Below are positions 49,129 through 51,807 of a DNA stretch of 51,807 nucleotides, one piece after another. The stretch's first letter is position 1. Every line of letters begins with the position of its first letter. The notes beneath the pieces are model-generated. The model did no database searches. It saw nothing but the letters and a program-made list of their open reading frames with translations, and had not been told where the DNA came from. Source of the DNA: Paracoccaceae bacterium. Lineage in GTDB: Bacteria > Pseudomonadota > Alphaproteobacteria > Rhodobacterales > Rhodobacteraceae. Made by a program: the position numbers and the translations under genes. Location: positions 1 to 51,807 of the forward strand of contig JBDHSS010000001.1 of the NCBI GenBank assembly GCA_039808205.1, given 5' to 3'.

Positions 49129-49802
49129 CGCACGCCTGGCTGCATCTGCGCCTGTCGGCACCGCTTCTGGCTTTCGGCGGAGTGGCGATCGATCATGTGG
49201 GGCCCACGCGCGATTTTCCCTCGGCCTCGGCGCTGACCGGGCTTTTCGCCAATGCGCTTGGCTGGCGGCGCGACGACCGGCCCGCACATCAGGCCTTGCA
49301 GGATCGGATGGTGTTCGGTGCTCTGAACGCGCGGCCGGGCCGGGTTCTGACCGACAACCAGAACGCAAGACTCGGGGCCAAGGATCGCGGCTGGACGACA
49401 TGGGGGCGCCCGGATGAACGTGCCGGGGCGACCTACGATAGCCCGCATCGCCGCCGGCGCGACTATCTGGCAGATCACGATTGCCGGGTCGTGCTGCGAC
49501 TGACGCCGGGCGACGGCCCGGCTCTCGAAGCGCTGGCCGAAGCACTTGATCGCCCCGCGCGACCGCTGTTCATCGGGCGCAAGTCCTGCGTGCCCTCGGT
49601 GCCACTGTTCGCCGGCTGGATCGAGGCCGCGTCGGTTCAAGCGGCGCTGCTGGCTCTGGGGCTGAGCGGTCCCGCGCTCTGGCCCGTGGAAGAGGCCGAG
49701 GCTGCCGGCATCGGAACAGCCATCGACGTGGCCGATCTGCGCAACTGGCGCTCGGGCCTACACGCAGGCCACCGGCGCGTGGTCGCGGGCAGGATCGGAT
49801 GA
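49125..49802 (+). CDS. cas5: Type I-E Cas5 (CasD)
   Basis: L.L.APL.AFG, FP..SALTGL.ANALG, R.YLAD, LFIGRKSCVP. Confidence 0.94.
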   Translation: MTHAWLHLRLSAPLLAFGGVAIDHVGPTRDFPSASALTGLFANALGWRRDDRPAHQALQDRMVFGALNARPGRVLTDNQNARLGAKDRGWTTWGRPDERAGATYDSPHRRRRDYLADHDCRVVLRLTPGDGPALEALAEALDRPARPLFIGRKSCVPSVPLFAGWIEAASVQAALLALGLSGPALWPVEEAEAAGIGTAIDVADLRNWRSGLHAGHRRVVAGRIG

Positions 49803-50542
49803 GCCTGCATCTGCTCGAGCTGCCGGTCGAGCTGCGCAGCCTTCACCTTTGGGTCGGACAGAGGAATTTGGCCGGAGCCTTTGACGAAGGCGTGGCGCTG
49901 CATCACCTGCTGGGCGAGGTCTTCGGCCCAGCGGTCCTGCAACCGTTTCGCCTGATGGTCGCCCCGCGCGCCCGGCGGGGGACGCTCTATGCCTATGCCG
50001 CCCAGGACGCCGCAGGACTGCGCGACACTGCCGCCGCCAGCCTCATGCCCTGCCATGCCGAGGTGATCGACCTTGCGCAGCTGCGCTCGGTGCCGCGCCC
50101 GGAAACGCTCTGGAAGGCCGGACAGCTGCTTGGCTTCGACCTACGCATGCGGCCCGTGACCAGGCTTGCTTCAGCGCTGGTCGGGCAGACGGCCGACGGG
50201 GCGGACGTCAGTTTCCGCAAAGGGGCCGAGGTCGACAGCTTCCTCGCCGCCGCGCTGCGCAAGGGGGTCGCATCGCGCAGCGAGGTCTATCTGTCCTGGC
50301 TCGCCGCGCGCCTTCCCCCGGCCGCGCAGATCATCCCGGAACGCAGTCGCCTGGCCAGCTTCGAGCGGAGCACGATCTGCCGCAACGGACGGCGCCTCGA
50401 AGGTCCGGATGCCACTGTTCACGGCACGCTGCGCGTCCTCGATCCATCGGCCTTCGCCGTATTGCTCGCCAGGGGCGTCGGGCGCCACCGCGCCTATGGC
50501 TATGGCATGCTGCTGCTGCGGCCGGCCCAAAGGAAAGCCTGA
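49799..50542 (+). CDS. cas6e: Type I-E Cas6 endoribonuclease (Cse3/CasE)
   Basis: G-rich loop GVGRHRAYGYGMLLL, G.L.V.D...F..LL, N-terminal LHHLL. Confidence 0.94.
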   Translation: MSLHLLELPVELRSLHLWVGQRNLAGAFDEGVALHHLLGEVFGPAVLQPFRLMVAPRARRGTLYAYAAQDAAGLRDTAAASLMPCHAEVIDLAQLRSVPRPETLWKAGQLLGFDLRMRPVTRLASALVGQTADGADVSFRKGAEVDSFLAAALRKGVASRSEVYLSWLAARLPPAAQIIPERSRLASFERSTICRNGRRLEGPDATVHGTLRVLDPSAFAVLLARGVGRHRAYGYGMLLLRPAQRKA

Positions 50543-51420
50543 TGCTGAAGGGGCGGCTGGGTCTTGAGAGTGCCAAGGTTCCCCATGCCGACCGGGCCGG
50601 GTGCCTTTACCTTGCGCGGGGCGCGCTGACGGCGCGGGACGGCACGCTCGCCTTCCTGCAAGGCGAGGCCACCGCATCCGATGCCCTGACGCCCGGGGAC
50701 TACGCCATCCCGCTGCAGGGGGTCTCGATCATCCTGCTGGGTCCGGGATCGACCGTCAGCCATGACGCCCTGCGGCTGCTGGCCCATGCCCGCACCGCGC
50801 TTGCGGCGGTGGGCGAGGATGGCGTGCGCCTTTATACGGCGCCGCCGATGATCCCGGATCGCTCGGGCCTTGCCCGCCTTCAGGCGCGGATCTGGGCGGA
50901 TGGCGATCTGCGCATCATGACAGCACGGCGGATGTATGCGGCGCGCCTGGGTGAGGTATTCCCCCATGCCGACCTGAACGTGCTGCGCGGGATCGAGGGC
51001 GCGCGGATGAAGGAGACCTACGCCCTGCATGCCGGGCGCATCGGCATTGTCTGGCGTGGCCGGCGCTACGACCGGGGAGATCCGCTGGCCGGGGATCTGC
51101 CCAACCAGGCCCTGAACCATGCCGCGAGCGCCGTCGAGGCCGCCGCTGCCATCGCCGTCTGCGCCACTGCGACGATCCCGCAGCTTGGCTTTATCCACGA
51201 GGATCCCGGGCAGAGCTTCGTTCTGGACATTGCGGATCTCTATCGCGACGGCGTGACCATCCCCTGCGCCTTCAAGGCGGCGAGACACGCCGCCGAGCAC
51301 CCGTCCGAGAATGTCGAGCGGATCACGCGCAGGTTGACCGGAGAGGCGCTTTCGCGCCAGGGCATCATCCCTGCGATGATTGAGCGCATCCGGGCCCTGA
51401 TCGAAGGGCGCGACCCCTGA
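50542..51420 (+). CDS. cas1: Type I-E Cas1
   Basis: LLGPG.TVSHDA, LRGIEG.R, NQALN, LGFIH, SFVLDIADLY. Confidence 0.96.
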   Translation: MLKGRLGLESAKVPHADRAGCLYLARGALTARDGTLAFLQGEATASDALTPGDYAIPLQGVSIILLGPGSTVSHDALRLLAHARTALAAVGEDGVRLYTAPPMIPDRSGLARLQARIWADGDLRIMTARRMYAARLGEVFPHADLNVLRGIEGARMKETYALHAGRIGIVWRGRRYDRGDPLAGDLPNQALNHAASAVEAAAAIAVCATATIPQLGFIHEDPGQSFVLDIADLYRDGVTIPCAFKAARHAAEHPSENVERITRRLTGEALSRQGIIPAMIERIRALIEGRDP

Positions 51421-51713
51421 TGCCCCTGACGATGATCGTGACCCGTGACGTCGAGGCGCGCTACCGTGGTTTCCTGACCTCGATCATGCTTGAGGTCGCG
51501 CCGGGCACGTATGTCGCTCCGGATATGAGCGCAGCCGTGCGCGACCGGGTCTGGACAGTAATGACCGACTGGTGGTCCGCCCTTGGCAGAGGCTCCTTGG
51601 TGCTGGTCTGGAGGGACAGGAACGCCGTTGGCGCTCTGCGGATAGAGACACTTGGCGAGCCTCCGAAGATCATTGTTGACGCCGACGGTGTCCTACTCGT
51701 AAAGCGAAAGTAG
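51420..51713 (+). CDS. cas2: Type I-E Cas2
   Basis: IVTRDV..RYRGFL...MLEV.PG.YV, VRDRVW, D.DG..LV. Confidence 0.95.
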   Translation: MPLTMIVTRDVEARYRGFLTSIMLEVAPGTYVAPDMSAAVRDRVWTVMTDWWSALGRGSLVLVWRDRNAVGALRIETLGEPPKIIVDADGVLLVKRK

Positions 51714-51778
51714 CCCTGCACCTCACTCGCCTTCTTGCTCCTTGACATTGCTGTGTTTTCCGACTCTTGCTGGTGAGA
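51714..51778 (+). promoter_or_regulatory. CRISPR leader
   Basis: 65-bp pyrimidine-rich, lower-GC stretch between cas2 and the first repeat; contains CTCCTTGACATT. Confidence 0.75.
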
Positions 51779-51807
51779 GGCTCCCCCGCGCTCGCGGGGA
51801 TAGACCC
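51779..51807 (+). CRISPR. First repeat of a type I-E CRISPR array (window ends here)
   Basis: GGCTCCCCCGCGCTCGCGGGGATAGACCC, 29 nt, stem CCCCGC/GCGGGG and 8-nt tail ATAGACCC, directly after cas2 and the leader. Confidence 0.92.

Overview
High-GC alphaproteobacterial chromosome segment, Rhodobacterales-like by gene content and synteny. From left to right it carries: the tail half of an RcGTA-like gene transfer agent cluster ending in a DUF2793 gene, then cysE; a central-carbon block (pdhCBA, ftsB-like, fbaB, pgk, tkt, zapA); tetronate catabolism genes (otnK, otnC, denD); a class II ribonucleotide reductase with NrdR-like boxes; assorted metabolic genes (TPP enzyme, dodecin, DUF3300/DUF2950, glycerate kinase, kbl-tdh); a LacI locus with two SnoaL-like proteins and a sugar-type ABC transporter whose binding protein is frameshifted; a SAM-II riboswitch in front of a small ACT-like orphan gene; and a complete type I-E CRISPR-Cas operon. 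The window ends on the first CRISPR repeat, so no spacers of the main array are visible. The best signal is in the 273-bp cas3-cas8e gap: a hidden one-spacer mini-array (two degenerate repeats that keep the hairpin, exactly 32 nt apart) whose spacer partially matches an AAC-flanked site at a promoter about 180 bp upstream. The mini-array is read through by a 68-codon leader ORF with a strong RBS whose stop overlaps the cas8e start. This suggests crRNA-like autoregulation combined with translational coupling. All assignments are by eye from motifs; no database searches or folding programs were run.
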